This document shows positions 9,646 to 19,030 of a stretch of 64,000 nt of DNA, piece after piece. The DNA comes from Candidatus Gastranaerophilales bacterium (GTDB taxonomy: Bacteria > Cyanobacteriota > Vampirovibrionia > Gastranaerophilales > Gastranaerophilaceae). The notes beneath the pieces were generated by a model that saw only the letters and a program-made list of their open reading frames with translations, had not been told where the DNA came from and did not search any database. The stretch covers positions 2,719-66,718 of the forward strand of contig QAMI01000059.1 of NCBI GenBank assembly GCA_003150395.1, given 5' to 3'. A program made the position numbers and the translations under genes. Within the stretch, counting starts at the first letter, position 1, and each line of letters opens with the position of its first letter.

Positions 9646-10335
9646 ATGTCATATCAACTTAACATTAATAATACCCCTGCAAAACCTTTCAATTCGTTTA
9701 AAAGCGCACCTAAGGTGAAAAAAGGTTATATGAATTACCGTTATCACAATTCTGAGGCTGTTGAAACTCATACAAAGGTAAAAGCTTTAGCAGGTTCTGT
9801 ACTGGGTGCAGGAATTTCGGCAGCGATTGTTGCGAAAACACAGAAAGTAAAGCTTTCTAATCCGATGAATATCTTTAAACTGAAATATGGTGTTAAAGAA
9901 ATGATTGCAGTCAGCAGCTTATCAATTATTGGCGGTGTAATCGGCGGTATGATTGGTTCAAACAAGAAAAAAGAAAAAATGGATGAAGGTGTTTTTCAAT
10001 TTATGAATGCTACAGTTCCGCTTCTTCTTGTTCATCCAACGACTAAACTTCTTGATAATTCTAAATCTTTAAAAGAAAATAAATTTGCTCGTATTGCAGG
10101 AATTGCCGCGGCATTGCTGGTTGGTATGAAAGGTGCTGCAGTGATTTCAAACTTTATAAATGACCCGAATGATAAAGTTCCGGACAGAAAGTTAACGATG
10201 AAAGATGCAATTGCAAACATTGATGATGCTTTAGGCGCTTTTGCGATTGCAAAAGTTCCGTTTGCAGACAAAGTTGAAAAAATAATCCCTCTGATATTTG
10301 TATGGTGTGGCTATAGGGCAGGTCAAAGCAATTAA
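9646..10335 (+). CDS. Hypothetical membrane protein
   Basis: 229-aa ORF with Gly/Ala-rich hydrophobic segments. No family recognised. Confidence 0.5.
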   Translation: MSYQLNINNTPAKPFNSFKSAPKVKKGYMNYRYHNSEAVETHTKVKALAGSVLGAGISAAIVAKTQKVKLSNPMNIFKLKYGVKEMIAVSSLSIIGGVIGGMIGSNKKKEKMDEGVFQFMNATVPLLLVHPTTKLLDNSKSLKENKFARIAGIAAALLVGMKGAAVISNFINDPNDKVPDRKLTMKDAIANIDDALGAFAIAKVPFADKVEKIIPLIFVWCGYRAGQSN

Positions 10336-10369
10336 AAAGGTGAAAATTTTTGATTTTTCACCTTTTATT
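10335..10369. terminator. Bidirectional intrinsic terminator
   Basis: AAAAGGTGAAAA-tttttga-TTTTCACCTTTT between convergent genes. Confidence 0.75.
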
Positions 10370-10375
10370 TAAGAC

Positions 10376-10711
10376 TTATTCAATACTGCGAATTTTTAAC
10401 TGACCGTTTTGTTCAACAAATTGAACATTTTGTTTTGGCTGTTGATTATAAATTCTCTTCATTGCCGGTTCTGTTAGTTCAAATTGTTTATTTTTAGCTT
10501 CTTTTTGTTCTTTTAAATCCTTATAGTCATTGTACTCTTGATATCTGAATTTCATGTCATTAATCATCTGCATATCATGAAGTTGTGTTGCTCCTCCGGC
10601 TCCCATTATCTGATTCATCGCTCCTCCGGGAATATCTGCGCCTGAGAAGGCAAAAGCCGAGGTTCCAATCGTAATTAAGCTCAATAAAATTCCGTATTTA
10701 AACTTTTTCAT
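10376..10711 (-). CDS. Small secreted hypothetical protein
   Basis: Signal peptide MKKFKYGILLSLITIGTSAFA followed by a polar, Q/K-rich body. Confidence 0.5.
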   Translation of the reverse strand: MKKFKYGILLSLITIGTSAFAFSGADIPGGAMNQIMGAGGATQLHDMQMINDMKFRYQEYNDYKDLKEQKEAKNKQFELTEPAMKRIYNQQPKQNVQFVEQNGQLKIRSIE

Positions 10712-10723
10712 ACTTAATCCCCT

Positions 10724-11449
10724 TTATTTAATTCTAAATACAACGTTTGCAACCGAGGTTACTTTTTTATCTATTGTAGAAGTGTCATTGATTCCGTAAT
10801 CAGAAACATTTGTTGAATCAGGTGGTGTAATTTGGAATACACCCATCCTTACAGATTGAATTTTACCGGGACGGTTGTGTGTAGCTTTTAACATTGCTTC
10901 TGCGCGCTGTTTTGCATCAGTTGTCGCATCTTCCAATAGTTTAACCTTTAAATCGGAAAGCTGCGAATAAAAATATGATGGTTCAAAAACATTAATATCA
11001 ATGCCTTTAGAGATAAGACTTGATATATCGGTTGAAATCTCTTTTATTTTGTAAACATCTTTGGAATTAATGCTTATCTGCTGTGATAAATTATAATATG
11101 CAATTTCATTTGTGGCATTGCCATTTGGCGTGTATTTATATTGATTGTAGCCATTAACAGATTTTAATTCGATATCTTCTTTTGCAATCCCTTTATTTTC
11201 AAGGTATTGCATAACAACAGGCATTTGTTTTTGAATTTGTGCGTATGCTAAAGCTTTATTTGGCTGTCTTGCTGTAATTTCAAATTGTAAACGGCCGCTG
11301 TCTGATTTTACAGTTTGAGAAGCTGAGCCGGTTACTGTTATTTGGTCATTTGAAAAGGTTCCGGATAAAACCTTTGCAGAACAAATCAATCCGGCCGCCA
11401 AAATTATTGACAACGTAACAATTTGTAATTTCTCCAATTTTTCAAACAT
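10724..11449 (-). CDS. SIMPL-domain (DUF541/YggE-like) protein
   Basis: GSASQTVKSDSGRLQFEI, LLEDATTDAKQRAEAMLKA and GVFQITPP resemble the SIMPL family. ATG 11449 is preceded by GGAG; the track ORF starts upstream at 11503. Confidence 0.65.
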   Translation of the reverse strand: MFEKLEKLQIVTLSIILAAGLICSAKVLSGTFSNDQITVTGSASQTVKSDSGRLQFEITARQPNKALAYAQIQKQMPVVMQYLENKGIAKEDIELKSVNGYNQYKYTPNGNATNEIAYYNLSQQISINSKDVYKIKEISTDISSLISKGIDINVFEPSYFYSQLSDLKVKLLEDATTDAKQRAEAMLKATHNRPGKIQSVRMGVFQITPPDSTNVSDYGINDTSTIDKKVTSVANVVFRIK

Positions 11450-11586
11450 AATAACACTCCTTAAGTTAATAGAACTTTTACATATTATAACAAAATTTTT
11501 CATTACCGAACTGTTTATATAGATTTGTGAAGTTTTGGTAATTTTACATTCTCTTATTATATAATAAATTCATATAGGAGATAAAA

Positions 11587-12939
11587 ATGAGCGATTATAT
11601 CAATGACGTTTTAAATAATGTAAAAGAAAAAAATCTTAATGAACCTGAATACTTACAGGCTGTTGATGAAGTCTTAACAACAATACGGCCGATAGTTGAA
11701 CTTCATCCGGAATATAAAAAGCTTGCAGTTCTGGAGCGTATGACAGAACCTGAAAGAATAATTACTTTCCGTGTTCCCTGGGTCAATGACAATGGAGAAG
11801 TTATTGTTAATCGCGGTTACAGAGTTCAGTACAGCGGTCTTATCGGACCTTATAAAGGCGGATTGAGATTTGACCCGAGTGTAAACCAATCAATTATGAA
11901 ATTTCTTGCGTTTGAACAAATATTTAAAAATGCATTGACAGGACTTCCAATTGGCGGAGGTAAGGGCGGAAGCGATTTTGACCCGAAAGGTAAATCAGAT
12001 ATGGAAATTATGCGTTTTTGCCAAAGCTTTATGACAGAACTGCAAAGACATATTGGTCCTGATGTGGATGTTCCGGCCGGTGATATCGGTGTTGGTGCCC
12101 GTGAAATCGGATATCTTTACGGCCAGTATCGCAGAATTAAAGATCGTTATGACGGAGGTGTTTTAACCGGCAAAGGGCTTGAATATGGCGGCTCTCTTGC
12201 AAGAACTGAAGCCACCGGATACGGTTTGATTTATTTTATGAGAGAAATGCTTAAAGCCAATGGCGCTCAGACTCTTGAAGGTAAAACAGTTACAATTTCC
12301 GGCTCAGGAAATGTTGCAATTTATGCATGTGAAAAAGCACAGATGCTCGGCGCTAAAGTTGTTGCCATGAGCGACAGCAGCGGTTGTATTTATGATGAAA
12401 ACGGAATTGATTTGGCTGCTATCAAACAAATTAAGGAAGTTGAAAGAAAACGAATTAAGGAATATTTAAATTATCATCCGCAAGCAAAATATATAGAGCG
12501 TAAAGATAATAATTCTCCTATTTGGGAAATTAAAACAGATATTGCGTTGCCTTGTGCAACACAAAATGAAGTTACGCTTGAATCTGCCAAAAAGCTTGTT
12601 GAAAACGGTGTAATTGCAATTGGGGAGGGCGCTAATATGCCTTGTGAACTAGCTGCAACAGAATATTTCCTGAAACATGGTATTCTTGTTGCTCCTGCAA
12701 AAGCGGCAAATGCAGGCGGAGTTGCAACATCAGCAATTGAGATGAGCCAGAATTCAATGAGATATTATCTTTCTTTTGAACAGGTTGATAATATGTTGGA
12801 TGCGATTATGGTAAATATTTTCAAGTCCACACAGGAAGCTTGCGAAAATTATTCATTAGGTAATAATTATGTTGCAGGAGCAAACATTGCGGCGTTTACA
12901 AAACTTGCAAAAGCAATGATTGCACAAGGAATTGTTTAA
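11587..12939 (+). CDS. gdhA: NADP-specific glutamate dehydrogenase
   Basis: 450 aa with KGGLRF, GLPIGGGKGGSDFDPKGKSD and the GSGNVA dinucleotide fold. Confidence 0.95.
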   Translation: MSDYINDVLNNVKEKNLNEPEYLQAVDEVLTTIRPIVELHPEYKKLAVLERMTEPERIITFRVPWVNDNGEVIVNRGYRVQYSGLIGPYKGGLRFDPSVNQSIMKFLAFEQIFKNALTGLPIGGGKGGSDFDPKGKSDMEIMRFCQSFMTELQRHIGPDVDVPAGDIGVGAREIGYLYGQYRRIKDRYDGGVLTGKGLEYGGSLARTEATGYGLIYFMREMLKANGAQTLEGKTVTISGSGNVAIYACEKAQMLGAKVVAMSDSSGCIYDENGIDLAAIKQIKEVERKRIKEYLNYHPQAKYIERKDNNSPIWEIKTDIALPCATQNEVTLESAKKLVENGVIAIGEGANMPCELAATEYFLKHGILVAPAKAANAGGVATSAIEMSQNSMRYYLSFEQVDNMLDAIMVNIFKSTQEACENYSLGNNYVAGANIAAFTKLAKAMIAQGIV

Positions 12940-12969
12940 TTTTTAGAATAGTAAAAATAAGGAGCACAA

Positions 12970-13748
12970 ATGTCAAAAACACAAGTTATTATTGGATTTA
13001 ACGGGGGGGGGGGCACCCGGAAAACAGCTCCTTAAAGCCTTTTAAAATCAATGCTTTTACTCTTGCCGAAGTTCTTGTAACTCTGGGAATTATCGGGGTA
13101 ATTGCAGCAATGACTCTTCCGTCTGTTATTAATAAGGCGGAAAAAATGATTTTAAAAAACCAATTCAAGAAAACATATTCAACATTTTCGCAAGCATTGC
13201 TTAAATCCGAAGCTGATTATGGTGCAAAACCAGCATGTTATTATCTGACATCATCAAATTCTTCTGTATCCGGACTTATCTCAAGCCAGTATCTTGATGT
13301 AGAATGCAATGTTTTAAAAACACTTTTTCTGAAAAATTTGAATGTAATTGCAACTTGCGAAGATAATGCATACCCGACCTGCATACCAAAATATAAAGGT
13401 TTTGATACCATGGCGATTGAGAATAATCCAGACTTATCAGAAGAAGAAGCTTTAGAGATAGTCAGGGGGCAGTCGGGTTTCAAGCAGAATAATATTTTAT
13501 ACAAAGCACCTGCATACGTTTTGTCAGACGGTAGTATAATTTTGAGTTATGCCTCGGCATCCTTTCCTAAAATATTTGCAATAGATATTAACGGCAAAAA
13601 AGGACCAAACAAATGGGGGCATGACCTGTTTTCTTTCTGGATTGGAAGTAATGAAAAATCTAATATTATCCTTCTCGGAACAACTTATCTGGTTGAAAAA
13701 GGCGGTGTTACATCAAGAAAAATGATACAAGATGTTCTTAAAAAATAA
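12970..13748 (+). CDS. Type IV pilin-like protein, frameshifted at a G11 tract in the leader region (candidate phase-variable gene, OFF as sequenced)
   Basis: AAGGAG (12959-12964) then ATG 12970 gives MSKTQVIIGFN-G11. The frame as sequenced stops at TAA 13033. The other frame reads HPENSSLKPFKINA|FTLAEVLVTLGIIGVIAAMTLP and runs into track ORF 13110..13748. That frame has no canonical start between TAA 12999 and FTLAE. Confidence 0.75.
13003..13013. repeat. Homopolymer G11
   Basis: Counted directly: 13003-13013 are all G. Confidence 0.95.
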
Positions 13749-13814
13749 CTGCCAGCCAGGGTAATTTTTATTGAAGGCTCAGGAAATATAATCCTTTAAT
13801 AAGGAGAATTTCCA

Positions 13815-14261
13815 ATGAAGATTTATAGAAAACCGTCTGATGAAGTTTTAGTAAAGATGCTAGATGAAATTTCATACAGAGTTACTCAGTGCAATGCTGA
13901 AGAAAAGCCGTTCTCAAGTATTCACAACCGCAATTATAATGAGGGAATTTATGTTGATATTGTGACAAAAGAACCGCTTTTTTCATCACGATGTAAGCTT
14001 TTTACTAACTGCGGCTGGCCTTCTTTTTCTGCAACAATAAGCGATGATGCAGTTAGAGAATTTACTCATAATATTTGCGGATTTAAATTTGTTGAGGTCA
14101 GGAGTAAGTTTGGCAATTCTCATCTTGGACATCTTTTCAATGACGGCCCGAAAGAGGCCGGCGGTATGCGTTACTGCATAAACGGCGCCGCACTTAAATT
14201 TGTGGCAAAAGAAGATTTGGTAAAAGAAGGTTATGGAGAATATCTCTCATTTTTTCATTAA
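13815..14261 (+). CDS. msrB: Peptide-methionine (R)-S-oxide reductase
   Basis: 148 aa with CGWPSF and the catalytic RYCINGAAL motif. Confidence 0.9.
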   Translation: MKIYRKPSDEVLVKMLDEISYRVTQCNAEEKPFSSIHNRNYNEGIYVDIVTKEPLFSSRCKLFTNCGWPSFSATISDDAVREFTHNICGFKFVEVRSKFGNSHLGHLFNDGPKEAGGMRYCINGAALKFVAKEDLVKEGYGEYLSFFH

Positions 14262-14263
14262 AC

Positions 14264-14292
14264 AAAAGCCGGATTTAATCCGGCGCTTTTTT
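14264..14292 (+). terminator. Intrinsic terminator of msrB
   Basis: GCCGGA-tttaa-TCCGGC followed by GCTTTTTT. It overlaps the 3' end of the convergent esterase gene. Confidence 0.65.
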
Positions 14293-15249
14293 GTTAAAGA
14301 TTTCTTTCAGCAAGGCTGATGTTAATCTCAAAACAGATTTTGTCTGACAGGTGTTTTGAAGGGCGTTTAACATCAGAAAATCATGAATTGTGCCGTTTGC
14401 ACGGAAATTTATCACTTCAACGCCTGCTTCATCAAGCCGGCGTGCGTATTCTTCGCCTTCATCTCGCAAAACATCGTTTTCTGCAGTAATTATTATTGCA
14501 GGTGGTAAGCCTTTCAAATCTTCAACCGGAGCTTTTAGTATTGAAATATACTTGTCATCACGGAGCCTTTCGTCAGGCAGATACGCGTCAAAAAAGTATT
14601 CCATTGCTTTTTTCGTAAGCCAGGGGCCGTTTTTGAATTCATTATAAGATTTTGTGTCCATAGAAGCATCGCAAACCGGATAAAATAAAACCTGAGCTTT
14701 CATTTTCGGGCCGCTGCTAAGTTTTGCTCTTATCATTGTTGCAGCAGCCATATTTGCACCTGCACTGTCGCCTGCAATAGCCATTTTATTGTTATCTATG
14801 TTAAATTCATGAGGATTGTAGTAAACATAATCCATAACTCCGTAAATTTCATTAAGTGCTGTCGGATATTTTGCTTGTGGAGAACGTGAATATTCTACAA
14901 AAAATACAGCGGCATTTGTTTCAATTGCGAGTTTTTTTATCAAAGCTCCAAAAATTTCTTTATCGCCCATTACCCATCCGCCGCCATGCGCATAAATTAT
15001 TGCGGGAAGTTGTTCATTGGAAGAATTATTTGGTCTTGCAATTCTTACACTAACTTCACCTGCATATTCAGTCAAAATGGTGATGTCTTTAAGTTCAGCT
15101 TCAATGTCAATGAAATCTTTTTTCTGAAGTTCTGATAAAAATTCCCTTGCTTCTTCTGCTGTCATTTCATAAAGCGGTTTTCCGCCTGAAGCCTCGATGC
15201 GTTCGATAAATTCTTTTACTTCGCTTGAAAGATTAATTTTTTCAGTCAT
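14275..15249 (-). CDS. Alpha/beta hydrolase, hormone-sensitive-lipase-type esterase
   Basis: HGGGW oxyanion motif and GDSAGAN nucleophile elbow; 324 aa. Confidence 0.85.
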   Translation of the reverse strand: MTEKINLSSEVKEFIERIEASGGKPLYEMTAEEAREFLSELQKKDFIDIEAELKDITILTEYAGEVSVRIARPNNSSNEQLPAIIYAHGGGWVMGDKEIFGALIKKLAIETNAAVFFVEYSRSPQAKYPTALNEIYGVMDYVYYNPHEFNIDNNKMAIAGDSAGANMAAATMIRAKLSSGPKMKAQVLFYPVCDASMDTKSYNEFKNGPWLTKKAMEYFFDAYLPDERLRDDKYISILKAPVEDLKGLPPAIIITAENDVLRDEGEEYARRLDEAGVEVINFRANGTIHDFLMLNALQNTCQTKSVLRLTSALLKEIFNKKAPD

Positions 15250-15393
15250 ATTAATACCTCATATCAGTTCTACAAAGCTTCACCGTTTAATTTCAGCAAA
15301 GCCTTCTCAAAGTTTTGCCCGGACTGATATAAGATAAATCCTGCTTGTATATAATTTTCAGGATAATGCTTCCTTGACTTACAATAAAATATA

Positions 15394-15439
15394 GAGATCC
15401 TTCGCAATATTGTCATTCTATGCGATTGCGAAGAATCTC
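15394..15439. repeat. Strong inverted repeat (15-nt arms, 1 mismatch, 16-nt loop); possible terminator of the upstream (-) gene or REP-like element
   Basis: GAGATCCTTCGCAAT (15394-15408) pairs with ATTGCGAAGAATCTC (15425-15439). On the - strand a T-rich stretch follows. The loop contains a GTCATTC core resembling the repeats at 59.3-59.5 kb. Confidence 0.6.
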
Positions 15440-15515
15440 CTCAAAATATTGCTCAGTATGACATATTTAGGAAAGGTAGTGTAGGTCAATGGAGAATTCC
15501 CATTTTCAGTATAAT

Positions 15516-16070
15516 TTAATCTGCATTTTTTATTGGCCGGCATGGATTTCCAACCGCCACGACATTTGATGGAATATCTTTTGTCACAACGCTTCCGGCG
15601 CCGATAACCGTGTTATCGCCGATTGTTACTCCCGGCATTATGCATACGTTTCCGCCGAGCCAAACGTTATTACCAATAGTGACAGGCTTTGCATATTCGA
15701 TTCCTTCGGCTCTTTCTTTGCTGTTTATAGGGTGGCAGGCTGTGTAAATCCCGCAGTTTGGCCCAATCCAGACGTTATCGCCCATTTTGACTTTTGCACA
15801 GTCAAGGATTACAAGATTGTGGTTTGAATAAAAATTATCTCCGACTTCAATGTTGTAACCGTAATCACAGAAAAAAGCCGGCTCTACATAAGGGTTTTCT
15901 CCGGTTTTACCCAAAATCTGTTTGAGAGTTTTTTTACGGGTTTCTGTGTCTGAAGGGTTTATCTGGTTATATTTCTGGCATAAAGTTTTGACTTTAATTC
16001 TTTCATAATATAATTCCGCATCCGCCGGATTGTATATCTCGCCTGCAATCATTTTTTCTTTTTCACTCAT
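15516..16070 (-). CDS. Maltose/galactoside O-acetyltransferase family (left-handed beta-helix)
   Basis: 184 aa with hexapeptide repeats (IGDNVWIGPN, IGNNVWLGGN, IGDNTVIGAGS) and a Maa-type N-terminus. Confidence 0.85.
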   Translation of the reverse strand: MSEKEKMIAGEIYNPADAELYYERIKVKTLCQKYNQINPSDTETRKKTLKQILGKTGENPYVEPAFFCDYGYNIEVGDNFYSNHNLVILDCAKVKMGDNVWIGPNCGIYTACHPINSKERAEGIEYAKPVTIGNNVWLGGNVCIMPGVTIGDNTVIGAGSVVTKDIPSNVVAVGNPCRPIKNAD

Positions 16071-16123
16071 TTAATATCTCCCCATATTTGGTTTTAAATT
16101 ATAAACGATTTTTGCTAATTTAA

Positions 16124-17290
16124 TTAACAGGTCCTTAGTCTTTCGACAAAATTTTTAAGTCGTTCAATTGCAATTTTCAGGTTTTCTATTGAATATGCAT
16201 ATGATATTCTTAAATATCCTTCTCCGCATTCGCCAAATGCCGTACCCGGAACAACTGCTACTTTTTCTTCTTTTAAAAATCTTGTTGCAAACTCTTCACT
16301 TGTCATGTTGAATTCTTTAATGCTTGGAAAAACGTAAAATGCGCCGAATGGTTCAAAACATTGTAAACCGATTTCTTTGAATGCATGTAGTAGAAAGCGG
16401 CGTCTCTGATTGTAAGCCTGTCGCATTGTTTCCACATCATCATCGCCATTTTTCAATGCTTCAATTGCTGCATATTGGCTTGTTGTCGGAGCGCACATAA
16501 TTGCAAACTGATGGATTTTTGTCATCTGCTGAATTATTTCTTTTGGCGCACAGGCATAACCCAATCGCCATCCGGTCATTGCATAAGCTTTTGAAAATCC
16601 GTTAATTAAAATGGTTCTTTCTTTCATTCCGGGCAAAGACGCGATCGAAACATGCTTATCTTTGTAAGTCAAAGCCGAATAGATTTCATCCGACATAACG
16701 AGAATATCTTTCTCTATAACTATTTTCGCAATATCCTCCAAATCTTTTTGTTCCATGATTGCGCCTGTGGGATTGTTCGGATAAGGTAAAATTAAAACTT
16801 TTGTTTTATCTGTAATTGCGGCAAGAAGCTCTTCCGGCTTTAACCTGAAATCGTTTTCTGCCTTCAGATTTATTATTACAGGTTTTGCTCCTGCAAGAAC
16901 AGCACAGGGTTCATAAGAAACATAAGACGGCTGAGGTATTATAACTTCATCCCCCGGATTTATAACCGCACGAAGTCCGATATCAATTGCTTCCGAGCCG
17001 CCGACAGTTACAAGAATTTCTTTTGCAGAGTTATATTCGATATTTTGTGTTCTTTTTAAATAGTTTGAAATCTCTTGTCTAAGGTCTTTTAATCCTGAGT
17101 TTGAAGTATAAAAAGTTCTTCCGCGTTCAAGTGCGTAAATTCCTTCATCTCTGATGTGCCATGGAGTGTCAAAATCAGGTTCGCCGACACCAAGCGAAAT
17201 TGCATCTTTCATTTCGCTTACGATATCGAAAAACTTTCTGATGCCTGAAGGTTGGATTGAAGCAGTTTTGTCAGATATGAAATTCCTCAT
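16124..17290 (-). CDS. Class I/II PLP-dependent aminotransferase
   Basis: 388 aa with NPTG, SKAYAMTGWRLGY (Lys-PLP region) and RISY near the C-terminus. Confidence 0.85.
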   Translation of the reverse strand: MRNFISDKTASIQPSGIRKFFDIVSEMKDAISLGVGEPDFDTPWHIRDEGIYALERGRTFYTSNSGLKDLRQEISNYLKRTQNIEYNSAKEILVTVGGSEAIDIGLRAVINPGDEVIIPQPSYVSYEPCAVLAGAKPVIINLKAENDFRLKPEELLAAITDKTKVLILPYPNNPTGAIMEQKDLEDIAKIVIEKDILVMSDEIYSALTYKDKHVSIASLPGMKERTILINGFSKAYAMTGWRLGYACAPKEIIQQMTKIHQFAIMCAPTTSQYAAIEALKNGDDDVETMRQAYNQRRRFLLHAFKEIGLQCFEPFGAFYVFPSIKEFNMTSEEFATRFLKEEKVAVVPGTAFGECGEGYLRISYAYSIENLKIAIERLKNFVERLRTC

Positions 17291-17769
17291 GGGGTAATGA
17301 CCTCTCTTTCATCACGATTTTCTTCATTGAAAATCGTTCCATGGTCTTTGTATTTTTTCAGGATAAAATGCGTTGCCGTACTCAAAACGCTGTCGAGAGT
17401 CGACAGCTTATCTGATACAAATGCTGCAATTTCTTTTAAAGTTTTTTCTTCCAAAGTTACAAGCAGGTCATATCCGCCGGAAATCAAATAAACTGCATGA
17501 ACTTCAGGGTATTTGTAAATTCTTTCAGCGATTTTGTCAAATCCCTGCCCGCGCTGGGGGGTAACTTTAACTTCAATTAATGCAGTAACCTTTTCTATTG
17601 AGGTTTTTTCCCAATTTATAAGTGTGTGGTAACCGCATATAATGCCTTCTTTTTCAAGCGCGCTAATTTCAGCTAAAACCTCTTCCTCTTTTGCGCCGAG
17701 CATTATTGCAAGTTCTGAAAAATCAATACGGCTGTTTTTTTCTAATATTGAAAGCAACTCTTCTCTCAT
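17287..17769 (-). CDS. Lrp/AsnC-family transcriptional regulator
   Basis: 160 aa with an N-terminal HTH and a C-terminal RAM-like domain. 4-nt ATGA overlap with the aminotransferase. Confidence 0.75.
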   Translation of the reverse strand: MREELLSILEKNSRIDFSELAIMLGAKEEEVLAEISALEKEGIICGYHTLINWEKTSIEKVTALIEVKVTPQRGQGFDKIAERIYKYPEVHAVYLISGGYDLLVTLEEKTLKEIAAFVSDKLSTLDSVLSTATHFILKKYKDHGTIFNEENRDEREVITP

Positions 17770-17941
17770 AAGTTTCTCCTGTCAAATCTTATTCTAAATT
17801 ATACTCCAAATCTTTTATTTAACAAAATTGTTTTAATTTTTGGAATATTTTTAATAAAAATTTGATTTATTTTTTTGACTTGTTGTATACTTAATTACGT
17901 AGATTGTAGTATTAAATTTAAGGTGATTTAATAATTTAGTC

Positions 17942-19021
17942 ATGGAAGAAATGCTTTTACATAAGAAAGTTGGAATTCCCCGCGCGATTTCTTATTATAA
18001 TAATTATCCATTTTATTACGGATTTTTCACAGCTCTTGGGATTGAAGTTGTGCTTTCGGACAAAACCACAACCAAAATAATAAATGAGGGAAGCAGTTAT
18101 GTTGTTTCTGACACCTGCCTGCCGATAAAAGTTTTTACAGGACATGTGGTAAATCTTTTGAATAAAGGATGTGATGTGATTTTTGTTCCGTCGCTCCAAT
18201 CAACCGGTTTTAAAATAAACAATTGCAGCAAAATCAGAGGCTTGCCGGAAATTATCAGAAATGTTATAAACAAACCTTTTACAATGATTGAGCCAACGCT
18301 TGATAAGACGGAAAATATCGGATTTCATGATTTTTGCATGCAAATAGCAGAAGCATTCGGAATAACTGATTCGAAAATCGTTAAAGCTGCAGCTAAAGCG
18401 GGATGGAAAATTTATGACGATTTTCTTGAAATGACGCAATCCGGAGTTCCTTATAAAGAAGCTCTTGAAAATGCTTTGAACGGCAAAGTTCTTAAAAAAT
18501 CCGTCGATATTGTAAAACCGCTTTCGGTTGTTATTATGGCACATGGATACAATCTTTTTGACGAGCGGATTTCGATGAATATAATCAAAAAATTGGAAAA
18601 AATGGATGTGAAAGTTTATACATCACTTGATGTTCCTCCGCAAAAGGCGCTTTCCTCAATCAAACAGATAGGCGAAATCCAATACTGGGCAAACGAGCTT
18701 GAACTCACAGGAACTGCGGCGTATTACCTTTTAAATAATAAAGTTGATGGCATTGTTGCTCTTTCTGCTTTTGGCTGCGGGCCTGACTCGTTGATGGTTG
18801 ATGAAATGTCATATCATTGCAAAGAAAAAGGCATGCCGCTTATTCATCTGACAATTGATGAGCATACAGGAGAAGCCGGGTTTGTAACTCGTTTGGAAGC
18901 ATTTGTCGATATGCTTATGAGGAAGAAACGCCGTCAGTTTGTGAAGAAATCAGAGAATATCAAATCAGCGGATGTTGTTAAACTAAGAGAGGCCAAAATT
19001 TTAACAGGTTCTGTAAAATAG
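17942..19021 (+). CDS. Acyl-CoA dehydratase-activase-related protein (DUF2229-type)
   Basis: N-terminus GIPRAISYYNNYPFYYGFFTALGIEVVLS. C-terminus GCGPDSLMVDE...LTIDEHTGEAGFVTRLEAFVDM. Confidence 0.65.
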   Translation: MEEMLLHKKVGIPRAISYYNNYPFYYGFFTALGIEVVLSDKTTTKIINEGSSYVVSDTCLPIKVFTGHVVNLLNKGCDVIFVPSLQSTGFKINNCSKIRGLPEIIRNVINKPFTMIEPTLDKTENIGFHDFCMQIAEAFGITDSKIVKAAAKAGWKIYDDFLEMTQSGVPYKEALENALNGKVLKKSVDIVKPLSVVIMAHGYNLFDERISMNIIKKLEKMDVKVYTSLDVPPQKALSSIKQIGEIQYWANELELTGTAAYYLLNNKVDGIVALSAFGCGPDSLMVDEMSYHCKEKGMPLIHLTIDEHTGEAGFVTRLEAFVDMLMRKKRRQFVKKSENIKSADVVKLREAKILTGSVK

Positions 19022-19030
19022 CTTTTTATT

